Part shown: positions 28,639-38,529 of the stretch, one piece after another | Layout: each line of letters starts with the position of its first letter | How positions within the stretch are numbered: position 1 is the stretch's first letter | Assembly (NCBI GenBank): GCA_028281825.1 | Contig: JANQJC010000006.1 | Coordinates: forward strand, 10,076-74,075 | Direction of reading: 5' to 3' | Length of the DNA stretch: 64,000 bases | Source: Flavobacteriales bacterium | GTDB taxonomy: Bacteria; Bacteroidota; Bacteroidia; JANQJC01 | Made by a program: the position numbers and the translations under genes | The notes under the pieces: model-generated | Told to the model about the DNA's origin: nothing | Databases searched by the model: none | The model's input: the letters and a program-made list of their open reading frames with translations, nothing else

Positions 28639-29532
28639 TTATAGTTTATCAATCAATAAAGCCAACTGTGCCACTGGTAGGTATATAAACGACCCAAACA
28701 TTAGTTTCGAGGCAGCATCAGGTGAAAGAGTTAGATATAACCTGATAGCCTGTGAAAGGAAAACTGCACCCGCCACCAATAATATAGCCGCAGAAATATA
28801 TCCCGTAATCCCAAAAATAACAGGTGTCAAACTAACAGGTATCAAACCAATGGTGTACACTAATATCTGAAAAGCACTGGCTTTATCCCTGCTGCCTGAT
28901 GGCAACATCTTGAAACCGGCACGTTTATAATCTTCATCCAATCTCCAGGCAATAGCCCAAAAGTGAGGAAACTGCCAAATGAACTGGATACAGAACAGTA
29001 TCCAGGCTGCCATTGTAAGTTCATTCGCATAAGCTGCCCAACCAATCAATGGTGGGATAGAACCTGGAAAAGCTCCAACAAACACTGCAAATGGAGTCAC
29101 TTTTTTTAATGGGGTATAAACAATTGTATAAAGCACCAGTGCTATCGCACCTAATAAGGCACTAAGTGGGTTCAAGAAGTACCACAATATAGCAGTGCCA
29201 ACCAACCCAAGAACAGAAGCTACAATAAGACCTTCAGTTACCGTCATGCGCCCATTGGGTATAGGTCTACCGGCGGTCCTGTTCATCTTCTTGTCCGACT
29301 CCCGCTCTATAATCTGATTAAACCCATTAGAGGCCCCGGTAACACACAGGCCACCTAGAATGAGCATAATAAGGTCAAAATAATTAATGCTACTTGCGGC
29401 AAGTAAATAACCAGCCACGGCTGAAAATATAACCAGCGAAGTAAGCCTTAATTTAATAAATTGGCTGTAATCCTTGATTTTGCTTAGAACCACTATTTGG
29501 TTGTCAATACTTGTGGCTTCTTCTACTTGCAA
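28639..29532 (-). CDS. cyoE: Protoheme IX farnesyltransferase (heme O synthase), UbiA family
   Basis: NQIIERESDKKMNRTAGRPIPNGRMT is the UbiA prenyltransferase motif. Nine TM helices. Sits next to the oxidase genes. Confidence 0.85.
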   Translation of the reverse strand: MQVEEATSIDNQIVVLSKIKDYSQFIKLRLTSLVIFSAVAGYLLAASSINYFDLIMLILGGLCVTGASNGFNQIIERESDKKMNRTAGRPIPNGRMTVTEGLIVASVLGLVGTAILWYFLNPLSALLGAIALVLYTIVYTPLKKVTPFAVFVGAFPGSIPPLIGWAAYANELTMAAWILFCIQFIWQFPHFWAIAWRLDEDYKRAGFKMLPSGSRDKASAFQILVYTIGLIPVSLTPVIFGITGYISAAILLVAGAVFLSQAIRLYLTLSPDAASKLMFGSFIYLPVAQLALLIDKL

Positions 29533-29608
29533 TTTGGTATTTACTTAAAATTCAGCGTGCAATTTTACCAATTAAAAACCACGTGGCAAGTACAATTTAT
29601 CGATTAAA

Positions 29609-32311
29609 TCACAGTTTTTGCTGAACTTCTACTTCTTCATAGCCCTCAATAATGTCACCAACTTTGATGTCATTAAAGTTTTTGATGTTCAATCCACACT
29701 CATATCCAGCAGCTACTTCCTTCACATCATCTTTAAAGCGTTTCAGTGAACCTAATTCACCAGTATACACAACAATACCATCTCGAATAACCCTTACACT
29801 GGTATTACGGTTGATTTTTCCATCAAGCACCATACACCCTGCAACTGTACCAACCTTTGATATCTTAAACACTTCCCTAATCTCGATATTAGCCACCACC
29901 TTCTCAACAAATTCAGGGGCAAGCATACCTTCCATCGCTTGCTTAATCTCATTAATGGCATCGTAAATAACTGAGTATAAGCGGATATCAATTTGTTCCT
30001 TCTCAGCTAGTTTTCTTGCATTAACCGATGGCCTCACCTGGAAACCAACAATTACAGCATCAGAAGCAGACGCCAAAAGAACGTCTGACTCAGTAATCGC
30101 ACCTACACCTTTTAGTACTATATTCACCTGTATCTTATCAGTAGATAATTTAATCAACGAGTCTGAAAGTGCTTCAACAGAACCATCCACATCACCTTTC
30201 ACAATAAGGTTAAGCTCCCTAAAGTCTCCGATTGCCAGCCTGCGGCCAATCTCATCCAGTGTGATATGTTTCTGCGCACGATAGCCTTGCTCCCTTTGCA
30301 ATTGCAACCTGCGGGCAGCAATTTCACGGGCTTCTTTCTCATCGTCCATCACATTGAACTTGTCACCCGATTGTGGTGCACCGCTCAAGCCAAGCACCAA
30401 GGCAGGTGTGGCTGGTCCAGCACTTTCAATCTTATTGCCCCTCTCATTAAATAAGGCTTTCACACGGCCGCTATAGCATCCAGCTAACAATATGTCACCT
30501 ATACGCAGTGTACCGCCTTCAACAAGTATAGTAGCTACATAACCACGGCCTTTATCCAACTCAGACTCAATCACTGTACCTACCGCATTCTTACTAGGGT
30601 TGGCTTTCAACTCAAGTAATTCAGCCTCGAGCAATACTTTCTCAAGCAGGTCATTAATATTTGTTCCCTTCTTAGCTGATATCTCGGCGCATTGATATTT
30701 ACCACCCCAGTCTTCAACCAGGATGTTCATGTTAGCCAATTCTTCTTTAATCTTATCAGGATTAGCACCTGGCTTATCAATTTTGTTGATGGCAATAACA
30801 ATAGGCACACCAGCAGCCTGTGCGTGGTTAATCGCTTCCACTGTTTGCGGCATCACACTGTCGTCAGCTGCCACCACAATAATTACAACATCAGTAACCT
30901 GCGCACCCCTGGCCCTCATTGCGGTAAATGCTTCGTGGCCTGGTGTATCAAGGAAAGTTATCTTCCTTCCGTCTTCCAGTTCCACACCATACGCCCCAAT
31001 GTGCTGGGTGATACCACCCGCCTCACCGGCAATAACATTGGCCTTCCTCACATAGTCAAGTAAAGATGTTTTACCGTGGTCAACGTGACCCATCACAGTT
31101 ACGATAGGCGGCCTGTCCACAAGGTCTTCAGGTTTGTCTTCTTCCTGCTCTATATTACCCTGAACATCGGCACTTACAAATTCTACTGTGTAACCAAACT
31201 CTTCAGCAACTATAGAGATTGTTTCAGCATCAAGCCTTTGGTTAATAGACACAAACAAGCCAAGGCTCATACAGGCAGAAATAATGTCATTTACTGCCAC
31301 ACTCATCATGTTGGCCAACTCGTTTGCAGATACGAACTCAGTTACCTTGAGTATTTTCTTCTCTTCCTGCTCTTTTAAGAATTGCTCCTCCTGTCTTTCC
31401 CTTCTCTCCTCTCGCTTCTCCCTTCTGTACTTAACAGCTTTTGATTTACCTCCACCACTCAGTCTGGCAAGGGTTTCGCGTACTTGCTTTTGGATTTCCT
31501 CGTCAGAAATCTCCTCTTTTTGGTTTTGCTTTTTCCTATCACCCTGCTTCCTGCCGCCTTCATCCTTCTTGATACGTTTCCGCTTCTTTTTCTTGCCATC
31601 TGTATCCATACCACTTGAAGAAGCGACTGGCTTTTTCTTCTTCTCCTCAGGCAAATCCATCTTACCGATTACCTTGGCTCCTTCAAGCTTCTTATACTCG
31701 GTCTTTATAAAGTTATCTTCCTTCTCTTCCTCTGGCTGTGGCTTAGCTTCTTCCTTTTTCTCTTTCTCAACAGGTTTTTCTTCAACCTTTTTCTCAGCAA
31801 CAGGTGCTTTCTCTTCTTCCTTAGCCTTCTTTTCTGCCTCTTTCTCTTCTTTTGTTTTCTTGCTTGGCCTTGTTTTCTGGTTCATAGAATCAAGGTCCAG
31901 CTTGCCCGTTACTTTAACCCCCGGTTTCTTGGCATCATCAGACTTGGCACGAATTATTTCTTCTTCTACTTTAGTCTTCTCATCAGGCTTTTGGGTGTCT
32001 TTGATAATAAGCTCCTGAGGCTCCTTAGGATTAGGCTTATCTGCAGGTGGCTCTGGTTCGGCTTGAGTTTCCTCAGCCGCACTTTCCCGCTTCTCTTTCT
32101 CTTGCTTGCTCCTGAGTTCGGCTGCCTCACGCAACACTTTCTCATCGGCAAACTCTTCCAACAGCATGTCATATTGCTCATCAGAAAGTTTAGACGTTGG
32201 ATTCAAATCCTCAACTCCCTTTGATGAAAGAAAGTCTAGGATAGTGGTAGTACCAACACCCAATTCCTTAGCCGCTTTATTTAACCTTATGCTTCCTGCT
32301 TTATCTGACAT
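29609..32311 (-). CDS. infB: Translation initiation factor IF-2
   Basis: G-domain [36 protein letters not shown]-rich N-terminal low-complexity region. Confidence 0.95.
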   Translation of the reverse strand: MSDKAGSIRLNKAAKELGVGTTTILDFLSSKGVEDLNPTSKLSDEQYDMLLEEFADEKVLREAAELRSKQEKEKRESAAEETQAEPEPPADKPNPKEPQELIIKDTQKPDEKTKVEEEIIRAKSDDAKKPGVKVTGKLDLDSMNQKTRPSKKTKEEKEAEKKAKEEEKAPVAEKKVEEKPVEKEKKEEAKPQPEEEKEDNFIKTEYKKLEGAKVIGKMDLPEEKKKKPVASSSGMDTDGKKKKRKRIKKDEGGRKQGDRKKQNQKEEISDEEIQKQVRETLARLSGGGKSKAVKYRREKREERRERQEEQFLKEQEEKKILKVTEFVSANELANMMSVAVNDIISACMSLGLFVSINQRLDAETISIVAEEFGYTVEFVSADVQGNIEQEEDKPEDLVDRPPIVTVMGHVDHGKTSLLDYVRKANVIAGEAGGITQHIGAYGVELEDGRKITFLDTPGHEAFTAMRARGAQVTDVVIIVVAADDSVMPQTVEAINHAQAAGVPIVIAINKIDKPGANPDKIKEELANMNILVEDWGGKYQCAEISAKKGTNINDLLEKVLLEAELLELKANPSKNAVGTVIESELDKGRGYVATILVEGGTLRIGDILLAGCYSGRVKALFNERGNKIESAGPATPALVLGLSGAPQSGDKFNVMDDEKEAREIAARRLQLQREQGYRAQKHITLDEIGRRLAIGDFRELNLIVKGDVDGSVEALSDSLIKLSTDKIQVNIVLKGVGAITESDVLLASASDAVIVGFQVRPSVNARKLAEKEQIDIRLYSVIYDAINEIKQAMEGMLAPEFVEKVVANIEIREVFKISKVGTVAGCMVLDGKINRNTSVRVIRDGIVVYTGELGSLKRFKDDVKEVAAGYECGLNIKNFNDIKVGDIIEGYEEVEVQQKL

Positions 32312-32359
32312 ATATTATCCTTAGTTCTCCTGAAAACCAGTCCCGAAAATTACCAGTTT

Positions 32360-33604
32360 TTATTCAAATTCTTCTTTTAATATTTTAACTACATCGTTAA
32401 TAGTTTCCTCTTCAAGGTCTGTTCTTCTCACCAATTCTTCTACTGGTATCTCCAATACACTTTTAGCTGTATCGCAACCAATAGACTTCAATTCATCCAA
32501 AATCCAGTCTTCAATTTCATCTGAGAATTCTTCCAAATCAACATCTTCCTGGTCAACGTCACTCTCTCGGTACACATCAATTTCATACCCTGTAAGCTTT
32601 CCTGCCAATTTGATGTTGTAACCACCTTTGCCTATTGCTAATGAAACCTGGTCAGGCTTTAAATAAACTTCAGCTCTCATTTTCTCATCATCAATATTCA
32701 CTGATGTGATTTTTGCAGGGCTAAGTGCACGCTGAATATACAAAGGAATGTTGTTAGTATAATTAATCACGTCAATATTCTCGTTCTTCAACTCACGAAC
32801 TATGCCATGTATACGTGAACCTTTCATGCCTACGCAGGCTCCAACCGGGTCAATCCTATCATCGTAAGACTCTACAGCAACCTTGGCTCTCTCGCCCGGC
32901 ACACGAACAATATTTCTGATAGTAATCAGTCCATCAAATACCTCTGGTACTTCCTGCTCAAACAGTCTTTCTAAGAAAACAGGAGCCGTTCTTGATAAAA
33001 TAATAAAAGGAGTATGGTTTCTCATCTCTACTTCCAATATTACCGCTCTCACGGTATCTCCCTTTTTGAAGTAATCAGTCGGTATCTGTTCAGTTTTTGG
33101 CAAAATCAACTCATTACCTTCATCATCAAGTATTAGTGTCTCTTTTTTCCAAACCTGATAAACTTCCCCAGTTACAATATCACCTGCCCTGTCTTTGTAT
33201 TTCTTAAATACGCCTTCCTTCTCAAGGTCTAGGATACGTGAAGCAAGGTTCTGGCGGATAGCTAATACAGCCCTGCGGCCAAAGTCCTCCAGGCTTACTT
33301 CCTGAGACACCTCCTCGCCCACTTCAAAGTCAGGTTCTATTTTTGTTGCTTCCGATAAAGCTATCTGCAAGCTTGGGTCTTCAATTTCGTCATCCGCAAC
33401 TATTTCGCGGTTACGCCATATCTCCAAGTCGCCCTTGTCAATATTGATAATGAAATCGATATTCTCATCGGTTCCATATTTCTTAATTAGCATACCACGA
33501 AAAACATCTTCAAGGATGCTCATCATGGTTACACGGTCAATGTTTTTGAATTCCTTGAATTCCTGAAACGACTCTACCAGATTTATTTTTTCCTTTTTTT
33601 CCAT
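32360..33604 (-). CDS. nusA: Transcription termination/antitermination factor NusA
   Basis: S1 and tandem KH domain signature. Conserved rimP-nusA-infB order. Confidence 0.95.
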   Translation of the reverse strand: MEKKEKINLVESFQEFKEFKNIDRVTMMSILEDVFRGMLIKKYGTDENIDFIINIDKGDLEIWRNREIVADDEIEDPSLQIALSEATKIEPDFEVGEEVSQEVSLEDFGRRAVLAIRQNLASRILDLEKEGVFKKYKDRAGDIVTGEVYQVWKKETLILDDEGNELILPKTEQIPTDYFKKGDTVRAVILEVEMRNHTPFIILSRTAPVFLERLFEQEVPEVFDGLITIRNIVRVPGERAKVAVESYDDRIDPVGACVGMKGSRIHGIVRELKNENIDVINYTNNIPLYIQRALSPAKITSVNIDDEKMRAEVYLKPDQVSLAIGKGGYNIKLAGKLTGYEIDVYRESDVDQEDVDLEEFSDEIEDWILDELKSIGCDTAKSVLEIPVEELVRRTDLEEETINDVVKILKEEFE

Positions 33605-33611
33605 CTCCTAG

Positions 33612-34061
33612 CTATTTAAAAGATATGACCACTTTTGTTTCTTTAACATCATTATAATTAAAACCTATTTCCTTTGGTTCTTCTTTTTTCTTGGCTTTCT
33701 CCAATACTTTAAACCCCTCATCATCAGTTGCTAATAACTTCCCAGTTACTTTTTGCCCATCCGCAGTAATCACGGTTACATCTCTCCCCACATTCTTCTC
33801 ATACTGTTGCCTTACCTTGAAAGGTTGTGTTAACCCTGGTGAAGACACTTCCAATTCGTAATCCTCTATTTCTCTATCAAGGTTACCTTCCACATGCCTG
33901 CTTACACCTACACACTCTTTTATTGAAAGCCCCGCTGGATTATCAATAAATACCTTAATCTGGTTGGTGGCACTCACCTTTACATCCACAAGATAGGCTC
34001 CTGTTTCTGCAATTTTCTCCTCTACTAAGGCCCTTACTTTTTGCTCACTAATCATAGCCAC
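33612..34061 (-). CDS. rimP: Ribosome maturation factor RimP
   Basis: 149-aa ORF immediately upstream of nusA. Matches the RimP (YhbC-like) pattern. Probably uses a GTG start. Confidence 0.85.
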   Translation of the reverse strand: MAMISEQKVRALVEEKIAETGAYLVDVKVSATNQIKVFIDNPAGLSIKECVGVSRHVEGNLDREIEDYELEVSSPGLTQPFKVRQQYEKNVGRDVTVITADGQKVTGKLLATDDEGFKVLEKAKKKEEPKEIGFNYNDVKETKVVISFK

Positions 34062-34085
34062 GAAAAAGGGGGCTGCGGCCCCCCT
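34062..34085 (-). promoter_or_regulatory. Terminator-like leader hairpin immediately 5' of rimP
   Basis: On the minus strand, GGGGGCcgcaGCCCCC is followed by TTTTT and then the rimP start codon within ~6 nt. Confidence 0.5.
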
Positions 34086-34261
34086 TGAACTAATTCATCA
34101 ATTTTGCGACGCAAAGATAAAATAATTTTTTCGCACACAAAATAGTTCCCCTTACTTCCACTGTCTAAATGTCATCAAAATGGACAATCCAAGGCAATTT
34201 TTTAACTTTGCGACTCCATTAAAGCAAACCACCTCTTTTTAACAAAATTAGCTGTCTCGTA

Positions 34262-36694
34262 ATGAAGAAGACTAAATACTTAGCCCTCGCTGTCTCATTT
34301 ATATTGTCTATTATGTGCGGCATCGCACAAGAAAAACACACCCTTGAGATTGGTTCAGAGAAATACAAGGAATTAAAGGCTAATGGTACGCTATCCATGA
34401 GTCTTGAGGATTACGAATTATCCTACCCGACTTTTGGTAAACACGAACAACAACCTATACTATCTGGTTTTTATAGAGGTGGTGGTGGCATCCCTGAATA
34501 TGTGCAATGCGGTCAATTAGTAGAAAGGGATAGCCTTGCAACACCTTCTGTAGCAGGCACCGTTTTTGACGATGGCTCAAGTGATACCATTTTCTTACCC
34601 TTCGACTTTTGTTTTTATGGTGATTTGAAAACTAAACTGTTTATCAACGCGAATGGTAACATTTCTTTTGATTCACCCTATGGCACCTTTACTTCCAATG
34701 CCTTCCCAACGGCAAACTTCAGTATGATTGCCCCATTTTGGGCAGATGTAGATAACTCAGGCGACCCTTTAAACAACAACGTAGGCTATGAGATATTCTC
34801 AAACTTTGCTATATTCAAATGGGATGCGGTGGGTTACTATGCCCAACACTATGATAAGAGAAACACTTTCCAATTAGTAATTTCAGACGGCACTTCGCCA
34901 ATAATACCTGGAGGAAATAACGTGGCTTTCATATATGGAGACATGCAATGGACTACAGGTGATGTTTCAGGAGGAAACAACGGCTTTGGTGGCACGCCAG
35001 CAACGGTAGGTGCCAACCTGGGCGATGGGGTCAATTATTTTCAGCTGGGGCGTTTTGACCATGCTGGGATTGATTACGATGGGCCAGTGGGCAACAACGA
35101 CGGTGTAAGCTGGCTAGACTATCAAGTCTTTGCATTCAACGTATGTCCATCTTCCGGTTCAAGCAACATCCCGCCAGTGCTTAGTAATTTTGGTTTGGTA
35201 TGCGACACCTTAGAACTATGCCATTCAGGAACTGGGCTTGACACTTTACCGATAGAACTTGATTTTATTGCTCCCGAACCGGGACAAACTACCGTTACGT
35301 CAATAGATACCACAGGCGTAGATGGCTTCACATTGATTAGCAACACAAGTGGAATATCCTCTCAAATTGTAGGTCATTTTGTAGCCACGCCTAATAATTC
35401 AGGTATCAACGTGATTACCTTCACAGCTGTAGACGACGGCACGCCCGCTGACACTACTATTTTTGAAGTTGTAATTCGTGTCTCACAAATTGAAGACCCG
35501 ATTGTAACTGGAGACACAGCCTATTGTTACCCTGGGAGTGCCACTGTTGAATTGGTTAATGACACCTTCTTTGACCATTATCAATGGAGTGATGGTAGTC
35601 TTTCTCCTGACTCTATTATAGAACTGCAAGGTGGTAGTCATACTTTAATGGCCTTTAACTCCGAAGGTTGTGTAAGAATAGTAGATATAGAGATTGAAGA
35701 ATGGGGTAACTATCCATTAGACAAGGCCGCACTTGATATTGCATGCCATGGAGACAGCTCTGGTAGCATTACCTTCGTTCAAAATGACACCGTGCCTTTG
35801 AGTTTCACATGGATTTCAAGCGGTGGGGACACCCTACAATACACGGAGTCTTTACTCGGACAAGATTCTCTAACTGACTTGACTCCAGGAGATTACTATG
35901 TTGTTATATCTGATAGCCATAACTGCCATGTGCTAACAGACACCACCACCATAGCGGAGCCAGCCCAACTTACCGCTGACAGTCAAATTATAAATGAAAC
36001 ATGCGAAGACACAAACGGTATCGCTATCATTCAAATCTTTGGCGGAACACCAATCTATGATTATAACTGGTCGCCAGTTTCTGGAAGCCAAGCTCAATTG
36101 AGTGGGCTTTCTGCTGGCATTTATATCGTTACTACTACAGATGCCAATGGATGTGAGAGAGTTGATACGCTGGAAGTAGGCAATATTGTCTCCCCCGTTG
36201 CCAACTTTACTGAAGATATGGACACCACACTTGCGAATGAAATTATCTCTTTTGCTGACCAATCAGATGACGTTAATGATACCATTACTGATTGGTATTG
36301 GGATTTTGGTGACGGTTCTATCTCTGTAGAACAAAACCCGACTCACGCATACACAGATACGGGCTTGTATGATGTGATGCTCATAGTTACAAATACTGAC
36401 GGCTGCATGGATACCATCATTTCTGATATATATGTTTCTCCCGAGTTGATGCTGCCTAATGTATTTACACCTGATGGCGATAGCAAAAATGACTACCTTG
36501 AGTTTGCTAACCTAAAAGCACTTTATCCTGGTTCTGGGCTTAAAGTATACAACCGCTGGGGACGAAAAGTGTATGAAAGCGAAGACTACCAGAACGACTG
36601 GGATGCAGATAAATGTCGCGCAGGCACCTACTTCTTTGAACTAATACTCAGCGATGGTACTATTAAAACGGGCCATGTTTTGATTATTAAGTAA
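34262..36694 (+). CDS. Large T9SS cargo adhesin-like protein with NIDO-like and PKD domains and type B (gliding-motility-associated) C-terminal sorting domain
   Basis: NIDO-like region FDFCFYGDLKTKLFINANGNISFDSPY...IAPFWADVD. PKD motif WDFGDGSISVEQNPTHAYTDTGLYDVMLIVTNTDGC. CTD-B LPNVFTPDGDSKNDYLEF...YNRWGRKVYES...YFFELIL...GHVLIIK. Confidence 0.75.
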   Translation: MKKTKYLALAVSFILSIMCGIAQEKHTLEIGSEKYKELKANGTLSMSLEDYELSYPTFGKHEQQPILSGFYRGGGGIPEYVQCGQLVERDSLATPSVAGTVFDDGSSDTIFLPFDFCFYGDLKTKLFINANGNISFDSPYGTFTSNAFPTANFSMIAPFWADVDNSGDPLNNNVGYEIFSNFAIFKWDAVGYYAQHYDKRNTFQLVISDGTSPIIPGGNNVAFIYGDMQWTTGDVSGGNNGFGGTPATVGANLGDGVNYFQLGRFDHAGIDYDGPVGNNDGVSWLDYQVFAFNVCPSSGSSNIPPVLSNFGLVCDTLELCHSGTGLDTLPIELDFIAPEPGQTTVTSIDTTGVDGFTLISNTSGISSQIVGHFVATPNNSGINVITFTAVDDGTPADTTIFEVVIRVSQIEDPIVTGDTAYCYPGSATVELVNDTFFDHYQWSDGSLSPDSIIELQGGSHTLMAFNSEGCVRIVDIEIEEWGNYPLDKAALDIACHGDSSGSITFVQNDTVPLSFTWISSGGDTLQYTESLLGQDSLTDLTPGDYYVVISDSHNCHVLTDTTTIAEPAQLTADSQIINETCEDTNGIAIIQIFGGTPIYDYNWSPVSGSQAQLSGLSAGIYIVTTTDANGCERVDTLEVGNIVSPVANFTEDMDTTLANEIISFADQSDDVNDTITDWYWDFGDGSISVEQNPTHAYTDTGLYDVMLIVTNTDGCMDTIISDIYVSPELMLPNVFTPDGDSKNDYLEFANLKALYPGSGLKVYNRWGRKVYESEDYQNDWDADKCRAGTYFFELILSDGTIKTGHVLIIK

Positions 36695-36807
36695 AAATAG
36701 AAACCGCCTCTCGGGAATTTATTTTGGGCAAAAAGTCTTTTATTCCCTACTTTTGCGCGCTAACCCTCTCATCTAAAGATAAATAGGTATATTCTAGACA
36801 GTAACCG

Positions 36808-37761
36808 ATGAAGGTAATCGAACATTTTAAAAGAGCAGAATCCACGCTCTTCTCTATAGAGATACTTCCTCCTGTAAAAGGTAGTAGCATTCAATCAGTA
36901 TTTAATGGTATTGACCCACTGGTAGAGTTCAAGCCTGCCTTTGTGGATGTTACCTACCATAGGGAAGAATATCTTATCCGCAAGGGGCGTAATGGGGAAT
37001 ACCGCAAGGTGCTTACCCGCAAGCGCCCAGGTACTGTGGGTATTAGTGCGGCTATAAAAAACAGGTACAATGTTGATACCGTTCCTCATATCATTTGTGG
37101 TGGCTTCTCCAAAGAAGAAACTGAAAACGCATTGCTTGACCTGCACTTCCTGGGCATAGATAATGTACTGGCACTTCGCGGAGACTCGTTAAAAGACGAA
37201 CGCGTTTTTGTTCCAGACCCTGACGGGCATTATTTTGCTTCAGAGTTGGTGGAACAAATAGTGAGCATGAACAAAGGAAAATATCTTGATGACAAAATTG
37301 TAAAGCCAGACCCTACCGATTTCTGTATTGGAGTTGCAGGATATCCTGAAAAACACTTTGAAGCTGAAAATCTCAATAGCGACCTCCAATTCCTTAAACA
37401 CAAGGTCGATTTGGGAGCGGAATACATAGTTACCCAAATGTTTTTTGATAACACCAAGTTTTTCCAATTTGTAGATAAATGCCGCGAGATAGGCATTACA
37501 GTCCCTATTGTTCCAGGCATCAAACCGCTATCTACACTCAAACATATTGAGATACTGCCTAAGTTGTTCTATACAGATTTTCCCGAACCACTAATGGCTG
37601 AATTGAAAAAGTGCAAGAGTAATGATGATGTGAAAGCCGTAGGTACCGAATGGGGTATCGCCCAATGCAGGGAACTGATTGAACACAATGTGCCTTGCCT
37701 CCACTTTTACACCATGGGTAAATCTGAAACTACCCGCAGGATTGCAGAAGGGGTTTTTTGA
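36808..37761 (+). CDS. metF: Methylenetetrahydrofolate reductase
   Basis: MKVIEHFKRAESTLFSIEILPPVKG... matches the MetF TIM-barrel pattern. 317 aa. Confidence 0.85.
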   Translation: MKVIEHFKRAESTLFSIEILPPVKGSSIQSVFNGIDPLVEFKPAFVDVTYHREEYLIRKGRNGEYRKVLTRKRPGTVGISAAIKNRYNVDTVPHIICGGFSKEETENALLDLHFLGIDNVLALRGDSLKDERVFVPDPDGHYFASELVEQIVSMNKGKYLDDKIVKPDPTDFCIGVAGYPEKHFEAENLNSDLQFLKHKVDLGAEYIVTQMFFDNTKFFQFVDKCREIGITVPIVPGIKPLSTLKHIEILPKLFYTDFPEPLMAELKKCKSNDDVKAVGTEWGIAQCRELIEHNVPCLHFYTMGKSETTRRIAEGVF

Positions 37762-37873
37762 GGAAAAGAAAGTAACAAGTAACGGAAGTCAAAAGGAACT
37801 CTTATATATCAATATTCTGAAGCTATTATTTTATACCTAAAGTTCCAGAGGAGTTGCGCGAGAATTCTGACTT

Positions 37874-38482
37874 CTAACTTCCGGCTTCTGGCTTCTGTGA
37901 ACCCATCAGTTTTGCTACATACTTGCCAATAATATCAAACTCGATATTAACGGTGCTGCCAGGTTTTAAAGCTTTAAAGCTGGTATGTTCATACGTATAA
38001 GGTATTATCGCAACTGAGAATTTCCCTGGCAGGTCATCTACTACAGTAAGGCTGGTGCCGTTTACACAAATAGAGCCTTTCTCCACAACCAAAGTTTCGT
38101 CTTTAGGTTCATAACTAAAGGTGAACTTCCAACTACCATCTTGTTCCTCAATTTTCTCACATGTGGCTGTTTGGTCTACATGCCCTTGAACGATATGCCC
38201 ATCCAAAAAACTATTAGCTTTAATGCAACGCTCCAAATTAACAAGTGTTCCTTTTTCCCACATACCCAAATCTGTTTTGGCCAGTGTTTCTGCAATAGCT
38301 GTCACTTTGTAATGATTCGCATCAGGCATTTCGGTCACAGTAAGGCAAACCCCATTGTGGGCTATGCTTTGGTCTATCTTTACCTCAGAAGCGAATGGAG
38401 CTTTGATGGTAAAATGTATGTTACCACCCTCGGTTTCAATATTCTCTACAATACCTAAATCCTCAATTATACCCGTGAACAT
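37874..38482 (-). CDS. ribE: Riboflavin synthase alpha subunit
   Basis: MFTGIIEDLGIVENIE at the N-terminus. Repeated lumazine-binding half-domains. 202 aa. Confidence 0.9.
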   Translation of the reverse strand: MFTGIIEDLGIVENIETEGGNIHFTIKAPFASEVKIDQSIAHNGVCLTVTEMPDANHYKVTAIAETLAKTDLGMWEKGTLVNLERCIKANSFLDGHIVQGHVDQTATCEKIEEQDGSWKFTFSYEPKDETLVVEKGSICVNGTSLTVVDDLPGKFSVAIIPYTYEHTSFKALKPGSTVNIEFDIIGKYVAKLMGSQKPEAGS

Positions 38483-38529
38483 GGAAATTTTGTTTGGCGC
38501 AAAAATACAGGATTTTATAAGAGCTTGGC

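Noticed and set aside
31380-32150. Extremely K/E-rich repetitive coding sequence.
   Set aside because: It is the normal low-complexity N-terminal linker of Bacteroidota IF-2, not a repeat element.
31284-32224. Long S/F/L-rich ORFs on the plus strand (e.g. 31284-32018, 244 aa) and other antisense ORFs inside infB.
   Set aside because: They are shadow ORFs antisense to the K/E-rich low-complexity N-terminal region of IF-2, and have no independent signals.
37861-37900. The cttctg/gcttctg short tandem repeat.
   Set aside because: It encodes the short low-complexity C-terminal tail (QKPEAGS) of ribE. At three copies it is too short to be a meaningful repeat.
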